A stretch of DNA of 64,000 nt, from the NCBI GenBank assembly GCA_963827235.1, contig CAWHAE010000018.1, positions 128,001 to 192,000 on the forward strand, given 5' to 3'. The notes below the pieces were generated by a model. The model made no database searches. It was given only the letters and a program-made list of their open reading frames with translations, and was not told the origin of the DNA. The position numbers were made by a program, and so were the translations under genes. Source of the stretch: an uncultured bacterium. GTDB taxonomy: Bacteria > Chloroflexota > UBA5177 > JANWHV01. Shown here one piece after another: positions 10,770-19,141 of the stretch. Positions within the stretch are counted from its first letter, which is position 1. The number at the start of each line of letters is the position of its first letter.

Positions 10770-11780
10770 TTATCGCCAATCGACGATCACGCCGAGATGC
10801 TCGTCCGGGTGGTCCAGCAGGCCGGCGTATGCCGACGCCACGTCCTCCGGTCGAACCCGATCCGTCACCAGCTCCGCCATGTGGAGCAGGCCGTCGCGCA
10901 GGCAATCCAGCAGCCATGCGGTGATCCGGGCGATCGATTCGGTCTGACCGTCCGCGTAGCGCGGCACCTGCCACTCCCAGCCACTGCGCAGCGCCAGGTA
11001 CTTGTCGAAGACCGGCCGGATGATCTGGGCGGCCATCACGCCCGTGTCGGGTTTCCACGCTGCTCCGACCAGGAAGATCTCGCCATGCGGCGCGGCGAGC
11101 GATAGAGCGGTAAGCACGCCGCGCTCGCGGCCCGAGCACTCCAGCACAACCGGGCAGCTGTTCTGCGGTCCCACCCGTGGGTCGTTCTCAGGCTGCAGCT
11201 CGCCGGGATCCAGGACGTCGGCAACACCGCATCGCTGCGCCAGGGCGCGCCGGGCGGGCAACGGCTCGACGCCGACCACGTGCATGCCGGCGATGCCGGC
11301 AAGCTGCGCCGCCAGATTGCCGACCAGTCCCAGCCCGACCACTGCCACCCGGTTGCCCGGATGGGCGGTCATCAGCCGTATGCTCACCGCGCCCACCTGA
11401 GCCAGCCGGGCCAGCGGTGCCAGGTCCAGAGACAGGCCGTCCGGCAGGCGAACGCACACGGTGCGGCGGCTGTCGAAGCGCACGAGATCCTGGTGGGGCG
11501 TGTGCGCGAGCACCCGATCTCCCGCCGAGACCCGAGCCTCGGGTCCAGCCGCGATCACCTCCCCGACCGCCGCATAGCCGGAATGGAACGGGTAGGGCAC
11601 CGGCCGGTGACCGAGACTCTGGTCCCCGGCATAGTAAGCAAGCTCAGTGCCGGTGCTCAGGGCGCTGTAGTACGCCCTGAGCAGCACTTCGTGCGGTTCC
11701 AACGGCGTGTCCGGCAGCTCTGCCTCTTCCAGGGCTGCCTGGCGTGGGCCGCCAATCACCGCGCGCCGGATACGCGTCAC
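10770..11780 (-). CDS. MDR-superfamily (zinc-binding alcohol dehydrogenase-like) oxidoreductase
   Basis: SALSTGTEL, GYAAVGEV, VVGLGLVG Rossmann motif, VLECSG; GTG start overlapping the upstream stop (GTGA). Confidence 0.88.
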   Translation of the reverse strand: MTRIRRAVIGGPRQAALEEAELPDTPLEPHEVLLRAYYSALSTGTELAYYAGDQSLGHRPVPYPFHSGYAAVGEVIAAGPEARVSAGDRVLAHTPHQDLVRFDSRRTVCVRLPDGLSLDLAPLARLAQVGAVSIRLMTAHPGNRVAVVGLGLVGNLAAQLAGIAGMHVVGVEPLPARRALAQRCGVADVLDPGELQPENDPRVGPQNSCPVVLECSGRERGVLTALSLAAPHGEIFLVGAAWKPDTGVMAAQIIRPVFDKYLALRSGWEWQVPRYADGQTESIARITAWLLDCLRDGLLHMAELVTDRVRPEDVASAYAGLLDHPDEHLGVIVDWR

Positions 11781-12925
11781 GCCTCCAGCCAGTCCGGATC
11801 GACCTCGATGCCCAGGCCCGGCCGGTCCGGCGGCACCAGAAAGCCTCCTTCCGGCTGGGGCACGCCGCGGAAGTACGGGAACAGCGGGCGCAGCTCGCCA
11901 TCCACCTCCGACGCGATCACCACGTACTCCGCCCAGGGCATGTTGGCCTGGGCCGCCAGCCAGTGGATGCCCCAGGGCTGCAAGCCGCCCGCGTGCGGAA
12001 TGACCTGCACGCCGCGAGCGCTCGCCAGGGCGGCGATGTGGCATGCCTCGGTGATACCGCCGCACCAGGAGAGATCGGGCTGCACGATGTGGCAGCACCG
12101 GCGCGACAGCAGCTCCGCAAAACCCCAGCGCGTGTACTCGTGCTCGCCCGTCGCCACGGCAACGCCCTCGGCCCTGCGCGTCAGCTCGGCATACCCTTCG
12201 TAGTCGTCCGGCGGCAGGCACTCCTCGATCCAGCGCACGTTGTACGGGCGCACGGCCTCGGCCATGCGCAGGGAGAACTCCAGGTTCCACGCCATGTAGC
12301 AGTCCAGCATGATCTCGGCCGCCGGTCCGGCGGTCTCACGTGTGCGCTCGACCAGGGCGACGTTGCCTTCGATGCCGGCTGAGCCATCGATTGGCCCGTA
12401 CGGCATGGCCAGCTTGAAGCGCGTGAAACCGAACTGCTTGTACCAGCCCACCTCGTTGCCCGTGACGTAGACCGGCAGCTTGTCCTGGAACTTGCCGCCG
12501 AGCAGCTGAAAGAGGGGCAGGCCGCGCGCCTTGCCCAGCAGATCCCAAAGCGCGATATCGACCGCGCTGATCGCCATGATCGGCAGGCCCTTGCGACCGT
12601 AGGGCAGGGAGGCACGGAACATCTGATCCCAGATCCGCTCCACGTTGGTGGGATCCCCGCCGATCAGCAGGTGCGCCAGGTGTCCCTCGACGATCATCCC
12701 GGCCGGGGCGGGCGCGGTGCCGCCGATGCCCACCAGGCCGTCGTCGGTCTCCACCCTGACGAGCACGTCGTGACCCCAGCGCGGGCTCCATGAGGAGCGA
12801 CGCTCCTTGTACGAGGGGTAAATGGACATCGGATTGGCTACCAGGGATTCGGAGAGCCAGGACGCCGGGGGCTCGAAGCCGGCCGGCGGCCGCATCGGCG
12901 TCGCCCAGACACGCTTGATCTTCAT
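11777..12925 (-). CDS. rhmD: L-rhamnonate dehydratase-like enolase-superfamily enzyme
   Basis: VANPMSIYP, YGRKGL..AISAVDIALWDL, KLAMPYGP, MLDCYM, WIEE, TGEHEYTRWGF, QPDLSWCGG. Confidence 0.8.
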   Translation of the reverse strand: MKIKRVWATPMRPPAGFEPPASWLSESLVANPMSIYPSYKERRSSWSPRWGHDVLVRVETDDGLVGIGGTAPAPAGMIVEGHLAHLLIGGDPTNVERIWDQMFRASLPYGRKGLPIMAISAVDIALWDLLGKARGLPLFQLLGGKFQDKLPVYVTGNEVGWYKQFGFTRFKLAMPYGPIDGSAGIEGNVALVERTRETAGPAAEIMLDCYMAWNLEFSLRMAEAVRPYNVRWIEECLPPDDYEGYAELTRRAEGVAVATGEHEYTRWGFAELLSRRCCHIVQPDLSWCGGITEACHIAALASARGVQVIPHAGGLQPWGIHWLAAQANMPWAEYVVIASEVDGELRPLFPYFRGVPQPEGGFLVPPDRPGLGIEVDPDWLEA

Positions 12926-12958
12926 TCAGCGCTCACTTCATTCACAATCACAGCCAAC

Positions 12959-15238
12959 CTACCACGCACAGGTAATCTGCATCTGCCCGCTCCGGCTGGG
13001 CTTGACGAGGCGGCACGCGGGCTCCTCCAGCCACCGATGGCCGGCGTCCACGGCGTCGAGATCCACCGCTTCGGTCAGGATACTGCCGTCGACGGCCACG
13101 TGCTGGGCACGCTCGAGCCCGGGACCGCTCAGGAGCACCGTGCCGCCCGCGTCGGGCGCCTGCAACGTCACCGCGAGCGATCGGTCCGACAGCGTGAGGT
13201 CGCTCAGCGAGTCGGCCGCGGTGACGTGGTAGCGGCCGGCGGCCGTTCGCGCCACGAGCGTGCAAGGATCGACGGGCTCGCCATCCAGCGCGAAAAGCGC
13301 GTGGCCGAGCAGGGTTGGCGTGAGCCACCAGGTATATTCCTCGTCACCCCTGGGAGCGCTGAAGGCGTCGGGATACATGCCGGCCAGCGGGCCGTCTGGA
13401 GCCTGCTGCTGCACGCCGTTCGCGATCACGCCCTCGGCCACGGACCGCCAGCGGGTGTGCGGACGCGCCGCCGCGAGATCGAGCAGGGCCCGGGCGTACA
13501 CGAGGCCGTTCCACTGCACCAATACGCCAAACCACGATTGAGCGTCGAAGAAGGTCGCACCGAAGACCGGGATCGTGCCGTAGCGCATGATCGGACGGAA
13601 CATGGGATTCCAGAGATAGACGAACGGCAGTCCTGCCAGTGCCCAGCGTTCCGCCTCGTCCAGGTACGACGGGTCCCCGGTGAGGTGGTGCGCCTCCATG
13701 GCGGCACCTACGCCGTAGGCGGCGGCCAGCACGTCCGGCACGTGCACCTGCAGCTCCCAGGTCTGCGCCCCTTCGGGACGCGGCTGACTGCGCAAGTACG
13801 CGGCACCGCGCAAGCCGGCTGTCTCGGCGGCAGGATCACCGGTCATGCGAGCAAAGCGCAGGAAGCGCAGCGCTGCTTCGGCAGTGATGCCGCTGGACGA
13901 GTCATCTTGCCGCCCAAGCTGCTGCTGGCGTTCCTCCTTCGGCTGGAAGGGAAAGGCGCCGTCCGGCCGCTGCCGCCGCGCAAGCTCGGCGAGCGAGCGC
14001 GCGGCATCCTGCAGCGCCGGTGCCAGCCCTCCGTAGGAGAAAGCAAGGTCGAGATGGGTGACCGCGTTGTGGGACTGGCGCGCGCGTCCGGCATCGACCC
14101 CCGCTCTCACGATGGCGCGCGGCAGCTCCGCCTCGCCCAGCAGTCCGCGGCGAGCCGCCTGCCACAATTGCAACGCCACGCCGGGCTCGTAACGCGGACC
14201 CGAGGTATCCGCGAGCGTGTGATGCCAGGCCCTGGCCTCCGGGTCCCAGGACTGCGCCGTGTAGCTGTGCAAACAGAGTGCCAGGGCAGCGGACCAGTCG
14301 CGCGGCAGAGGAGGAGGCGCAATGCTGCCCTGCGCTGCCAGCCAGCGTTCGAGCACCACGAGCGAGCCGTGGGCGCGCGGCGGTTGCCCGGCTCCCTCCT
14401 GCGGTCCGGCGAAGACTGGCGCCGGGCCAGCGCACAGCGTGGCCGCGATCGCCAGGCGCGCGCCGGCCGGCACGGAATACGGGTGATGCGCGGCAGTGCT
14501 GTTTTCCGCGGTCCAGGCCGATCCGGCCGGAGGAACGAAGAGCCCGATGCGATTCGGCCGCGTGGCTCCGTCCTGCACATCCGCTTGGAGATCGGGCAGC
14601 GCATACTCGGCGCCGACGTACGCGTGTGCGTTGCACCAGAGCTGGTTGGGGTCCCACCACAGACCGGCAGCAATGCCGCCCGAGGAGAGCGCCATCAGGG
14701 GAACAGTGACCTTGTAGGGATGCGGCGCGTTGCGGCGAGCGAAGACCGGAGCCGCGTTCGCCGTGTCCGATGCTTGCTCGCCGGCAAGCAGCCACTCCAA
14801 CCCCGGAAAGAGGGCATCGTCCCTCGACTGGAACAGCTGGTCGTCGAAGCTCAGACTCGGGCCACCAAAGTGAACCAGCCGGCAGTCGCGCGACGGGATC
14901 GCCCAGTAGACGACCGATATCTCGCGCGTGCCCGTGCGCCGCAGTTCGACTCCGAATCGGCAGGAGCCGAGCGTGCCATCGTCGATCAGCCCGCTCAGGC
15001 TGACTCCGTCCTGCAGGGCAGCGCCGTCGGTAGGCGCCAGGTCGAAGCTTGCCCTCTGAGCCTGCAGTTCTGCCGATGCAGGCTCAACCGCCACCACCAG
15101 CCGTCCCCACGTGAGGGTCCCGATCGATCGCCAGACGCCGTCGACCGGCACCGAGAGACGCATGCCCCGAGTGCCGGGCTCGGTGCTCAGACGGAACGAG
15201 TCGGTAGCCAGCTCCTGCCGGCTCAGCTGCACAGTCAT
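12959..15238 (-). CDS. Large hypothetical protein, possibly carbohydrate-active (beta-rich N-terminus, helical-repeat C-terminus)
   Basis: 759-aa ORF with GC3-rich codons in operon; helical units such as QRPDGAFP and YLDEAERWA resemble an (alpha/alpha) toroid. Fold is inference. Confidence 0.7.
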   Translation of the reverse strand: MTVQLSRQELATDSFRLSTEPGTRGMRLSVPVDGVWRSIGTLTWGRLVVAVEPASAELQAQRASFDLAPTDGAALQDGVSLSGLIDDGTLGSCRFGVELRRTGTREISVVYWAIPSRDCRLVHFGGPSLSFDDQLFQSRDDALFPGLEWLLAGEQASDTANAAPVFARRNAPHPYKVTVPLMALSSGGIAAGLWWDPNQLWCNAHAYVGAEYALPDLQADVQDGATRPNRIGLFVPPAGSAWTAENSTAAHHPYSVPAGARLAIAATLCAGPAPVFAGPQEGAGQPPRAHGSLVVLERWLAAQGSIAPPPLPRDWSAALALCLHSYTAQSWDPEARAWHHTLADTSGPRYEPGVALQLWQAARRGLLGEAELPRAIVRAGVDAGRARQSHNAVTHLDLAFSYGGLAPALQDAARSLAELARRQRPDGAFPFQPKEERQQQLGRQDDSSSGITAEAALRFLRFARMTGDPAAETAGLRGAAYLRSQPRPEGAQTWELQVHVPDVLAAAYGVGAAMEAHHLTGDPSYLDEAERWALAGLPFVYLWNPMFRPIMRYGTIPVFGATFFDAQSWFGVLVQWNGLVYARALLDLAAARPHTRWRSVAEGVIANGVQQQAPDGPLAGMYPDAFSAPRGDEEYTWWLTPTLLGHALFALDGEPVDPCTLVARTAAGRYHVTAADSLSDLTLSDRSLAVTLQAPDAGGTVLLSGPGLERAQHVAVDGSILTEAVDLDAVDAGHRWLEEPACRLVKPSRSGQMQITCAW

Positions 15239-15255
15239 CGCGAGTGGATCTCCTT

Positions 15256-18168
15256 TCAGGTGTTCAGAGCGTAGAGCCAGCGGCCGGAGAGAGCCGCGGT
15301 CACGTCGAAGGTCAGCACACCGCCGTCGATCGAGCACGGAACTGACTCGCCGCGGCTGCCGGGCTTCGCGCCTTCCGCCACCAACGCGAGGCTCTCCGGC
15401 AGATCGGGGATCGGTATGTGAATGCGGCCCTCGCCTCGAATGCGTATCTGCAGCACGGCGCCGCCGGGAACGCGGCGTGCGTCACTCACCGGCGCCCAGG
15501 CCGCGTCGACGTCCAGGCCTTTCGCGAAGACAGCCTGCTGCCCGTCGACGGTAATGGACGTCGATCCGCTGCCCGCGAACGCGATCAGCTCGTCGTGGTC
15601 ATTCAGGCGGAACGTCATCGCGCCCAGGCCCTCGTAGTCGACTCGGTGCCCGCTGATGCGGGCATCCTGGAGCGCTATGGTGCGCGAAGGCAGCACGACT
15701 CCGGCCAGCGCCGCCGTGTCCGCCGCTTCGTCGCGGGCGAATCCGCCCGGCCAGCACTCCTCCACCTCGCGCAGATGCGGGGCCACGGCGATCGCGCCGT
15801 TGGGGAAGCGGCAAGCCAGGTAGGGGCCGGTGCGCGAAAGGTACTCGGTATTGTCGTTGCCCGTGCCGGAGGCGCCGGTGGGCGGATAGGCTCCCAGTGC
15901 ATGCAGGATCTCAAAGAACGTGCGCTGATCGTGCCCCAGGCTCCGCGATTGGTCGTCGCGGGCGCGGAAGCCGAGGAAGGTCGCGCTGCCTCCACCGGGC
16001 ATTATGCGGCGCACGCCGACCACCCGGTGCTTGACGCGGGCCACGACCTCCGAGCCGGCCGTGGCCGTCACCGGGTAGATCCGGTCGGGCAGCAGGTGAG
16101 TCAGTATCGTCTGTGAGGCGATGTCGCCCAACGCCCCTTCAAACACCACGTCCATGCCGGCAGCCATCTTGCCCGGCTCCTGCGAGGGTGCAGTCCGGCA
16201 GCCGAAGAGCGATTGCCAGGACTCCAGGATTCGCCGGCCGCTCGCATCGAGCAGCGGCGGCGGGCCGCTCCAGATCGCGCGCCCGCCGCTCTGCGCCAGG
16301 CCGGCAAGCATCGCCAACAGTCGGGAGTCTGGAAACGGTTCAAAGGTGATCACCAGAGTGGTGAAGCGCCTGCCGCGAATCCAGATTGCGCCGTCGCGCA
16401 CCGTGCCCAGCTCCAGCAGCTTAGTCTGGCTGATTACGTTGGCGTAGCCGTACTGCACGGTCCAGCTTCCGAAGCGCGGATCGGCGGCTACCAGATCCAG
16501 CGGATAGACCATGAGGACGTCGACGTCGCGGTGTTGCATCTCCTGCACCATGCCGAACCAGGGCTCTCCGGCGGTACCGTAGGCGTTCATCAGGTCCATT
16601 CGCCGCCTGCCGATCACCTCGGGCATGCCCCAGTGATAGGCGTAGGAATACGGCACGTCGTTGACGATCCCGGTCGAGCAGGCCAGGGCAAGGCCGAGGT
16701 AGTCGCGGTCCAGCCAGCCGCACTCCGCGTGATCGTTGCCGCCGCCGGTCAGGAACTCGCCCCACTTGAAGTAGTCGAAGCAGGCAGCCGCGGCCTGGTG
16801 CACGGTGTTGGACCACACGAATTGGCTGGTGTACTCGTACTGGCGCGCGTACTGGTTCTCCTGTCCGTGCTCCCAGCTATCGATGGTCGGGCTCTCGGCC
16901 CAGGTCGCGTGTGCACGTGCCTCCAGGCTGTAGCCGAGCCGCGTCTCCAGATGCCGCTTGGCACCCAGGAACAAGTCGACTACCTCGTCCTGCAGGAGGT
17001 GGTAGTACCGCGCGCGAAACAGAGCGGTCTGGGCAATCTCCTCCGGCGTGTCGCCGAAGACGTGCGAGAGATCTCGCTTGGCTGTCAGATCGGGCGCGGA
17101 GTCCTCCTGACCGGAAACAAAATAGAGCATGAACGGCGCGAAATCGGCGTATCGGTCGCCATAGTGCTCGGCGAAGCACCGTGCCAGGCCCGGGCTGGCG
17201 TAGCGCAGCGTGAACTCACCGTGATCGTGGTGGGTGAAGTAGCCCCAGTCCTGCTGGATGTGCAGCTCATCGGAGTAGAGCGCGTTGAGCCGCACGCCGG
17301 CGTCGATATAACGGCCGGCCAGATCGCGCAGGAACGGCGCTGCATCGGGACTGAAGTAGTCCATCTCGGGGCTGCGGTAGGACTGCACAACCAGCACGCG
17401 GTCGAGCGGGCCGGCGTCGGTGTCGCCCGACCCGTGGACGCGGACTCGCATGGCACTGTACCCGTCCGTAGCTACCCCTGCCCCGTTGCCGGGCTGAGAC
17501 TTCTGCCCGGCCCAGCGCTCCACGCCGCGTACGGTGACTTCGCGTATCGAGTCGGGCGCCACGACCAGGTAGGGCGTGCCGGGTATCGCACGCTCGCGGA
17601 ATGCGAATGCGCGCACGCCGGCGTCCTCCAGCTGCACGACACCCTTATTGTTCACCCACCGCTGCTGCTGCCAGAGCTCCACGCTGAACGCGCCGTTAAT
17701 CGGATCCCGGCGACCCTTGCGTGCCTGCAGCCACACGCCGCTCTCACCCTTCTGGCGGCGGAAGGCCGGGCCTATTTCCAGCGGGCTGAGCAGGCTCAGC
17801 TCCAGTGCCAGCCCGTAGCCGGCCGCGAAGCGAGAGAGGGCGGCTATGCGCTCAATGTATTCCGGCGCGTCCGGAGTCAAGCTGCGCGGCGCATGCTGGC
17901 CCGGCCTGTACTGGCCGAAGAAGTGGTCGTACGCGACGATCAGCGTGCGCTGTCCCCTGGACTGAGCGCGCTCGCAGACCTGGCGCAGGCTCTCCACGCG
18001 CCGCTCGTAGGTCAGCGACAGGTCGATCTGTCGATCGGGATCGGCCAGGTTGATCAAGTCTTGATCGCTGACCAGAATGAGCTGGGCCTTCTCCATGCCG
18101 AGGCCCCAGGGACCGGGATAGGTCAGCAACTCACCCCGGTACGTGTTTTCCTGCACCGTGTGCTCCAT
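15256..18168 (-). CDS. Large hypothetical protein, distant glycoside-hydrolase-like
   Basis: 970 aa with AAGGAG RBS; MDYFS..LYSDEL and FRARYY loosely parallel ADLMD..IFTDEP and RTDYY of the GH106-like neighbour. Confidence 0.7.
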   Translation of the reverse strand: MEHTVQENTYRGELLTYPGPWGLGMEKAQLILVSDQDLINLADPDRQIDLSLTYERRVESLRQVCERAQSRGQRTLIVAYDHFFGQYRPGQHAPRSLTPDAPEYIERIAALSRFAAGYGLALELSLLSPLEIGPAFRRQKGESGVWLQARKGRRDPINGAFSVELWQQQRWVNNKGVVQLEDAGVRAFAFRERAIPGTPYLVVAPDSIREVTVRGVERWAGQKSQPGNGAGVATDGYSAMRVRVHGSGDTDAGPLDRVLVVQSYRSPEMDYFSPDAAPFLRDLAGRYIDAGVRLNALYSDELHIQQDWGYFTHHDHGEFTLRYASPGLARCFAEHYGDRYADFAPFMLYFVSGQEDSAPDLTAKRDLSHVFGDTPEEIAQTALFRARYYHLLQDEVVDLFLGAKRHLETRLGYSLEARAHATWAESPTIDSWEHGQENQYARQYEYTSQFVWSNTVHQAAAACFDYFKWGEFLTGGGNDHAECGWLDRDYLGLALACSTGIVNDVPYSYAYHWGMPEVIGRRRMDLMNAYGTAGEPWFGMVQEMQHRDVDVLMVYPLDLVAADPRFGSWTVQYGYANVISQTKLLELGTVRDGAIWIRGRRFTTLVITFEPFPDSRLLAMLAGLAQSGGRAIWSGPPPLLDASGRRILESWQSLFGCRTAPSQEPGKMAAGMDVVFEGALGDIASQTILTHLLPDRIYPVTATAGSEVVARVKHRVVGVRRIMPGGGSATFLGFRARDDQSRSLGHDQRTFFEILHALGAYPPTGASGTGNDNTEYLSRTGPYLACRFPNGAIAVAPHLREVEECWPGGFARDEAADTAALAGVVLPSRTIALQDARISGHRVDYEGLGAMTFRLNDHDELIAFAGSGSTSITVDGQQAVFAKGLDVDAAWAPVSDARRVPGGAVLQIRIRGEGRIHIPIPDLPESLALVAEGAKPGSRGESVPCSIDGGVLTFDVTAALSGRWLYALNT

Positions 18169-18240
18169 GCGCGGCTTGCTCCTTTCGCCCGCGCCTCCCC
18201 TGCGGCGGTCGCACGGCGCGGCAGTGTGGAATCGACAGTG

Positions 18241-19131
18241 TCACGCCTTGATTGCGCCGCTGGTGATACCCGCGATGAAGTACTTCATACCGAAGAGGAA
18301 CAGCACGAGCAGCGGCACCGCTGAAATCGCGCAGGAAGCCATCAACGGCCCGTAGTCGGTAATACCGTGGGAGCCGGTGAACTGGTAGAGACCCACACTG
18401 ACTACCTGCTTGCTGTCGTCGCCGATGATCAGCAGGGGCCAGATGAAGTCGTTGTAGTCGGCCACCATGGTGAGGATGGCGATAGTCATCAGGATCGGCC
18501 AGCAGAGCGGCACGGCGATCCGGTACCAGAGCTGCAGCTCGCTGGCGCCGTCGATACGCGCCGCTTCAAAGAGCTCTTGCGGCAGGTTGGCCACGAAGCT
18601 CCGGCACAGGAAGATGCCCAACACCTGGCCGCCGGCTGCCCAGGGCAATATCAGGGCCAGAGGCGTGTTGGCGAGACCGACCTGGTGCACCAGCACGAAC
18701 AACGGCGTCAGCGTGAGAATGCCGGGAATGGCCAGCAGCCCCAGGATCAACACGAAGAGCACTTCCTTGCCGGGAAAGCGATGCCGGGCAAACACGTAGC
18801 CGGAGAGCGAGGACAGCAGTACCGTCAACACCACCGCGACCAGCGCATCGAGCGTCGTGTTGACCGCGTAGTGAATGATCTTGTGGTAGCTGTCCGCGTA
18901 GTTGCTCGGTAGCCACGGGTCGGGCAGTCCCCAGAAGTTGCTGTAGATCTGGCCGTTGTTGCGCACGGACATGGTGAGCATGATCAGGAGTGGCACGAAC
19001 GTGAGCAGGATGAAGACGCCCACTACGAGATACAGCCCGCCTTGCTGCAGCCATGCCTTGCTGCGCTGCCAGAGACGTGCCGGACCGATGTCGCCCGTGG
19101 CGGTACGCATGGATGCGTTCGGTGCAGCCAT
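18241..19131 (-). CDS. Carbohydrate ABC transporter permease (MalG-like)
   Basis: EAA loop ELFEAARIDGASE; GYVFARHRFPGK; NDFIWPL. Confidence 0.95.
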   Translation of the reverse strand: MAAPNASMRTATGDIGPARLWQRSKAWLQQGGLYLVVGVFILLTFVPLLIMLTMSVRNNGQIYSNFWGLPDPWLPSNYADSYHKIIHYAVNTTLDALVAVVLTVLLSSLSGYVFARHRFPGKEVLFVLILGLLAIPGILTLTPLFVLVHQVGLANTPLALILPWAAGGQVLGIFLCRSFVANLPQELFEAARIDGASELQLWYRIAVPLCWPILMTIAILTMVADYNDFIWPLLIIGDDSKQVVSVGLYQFTGSHGITDYGPLMASCAISAVPLLVLFLFGMKYFIAGITSGAIKA

Positions 19132-19141
19132 CCTACCTCCT

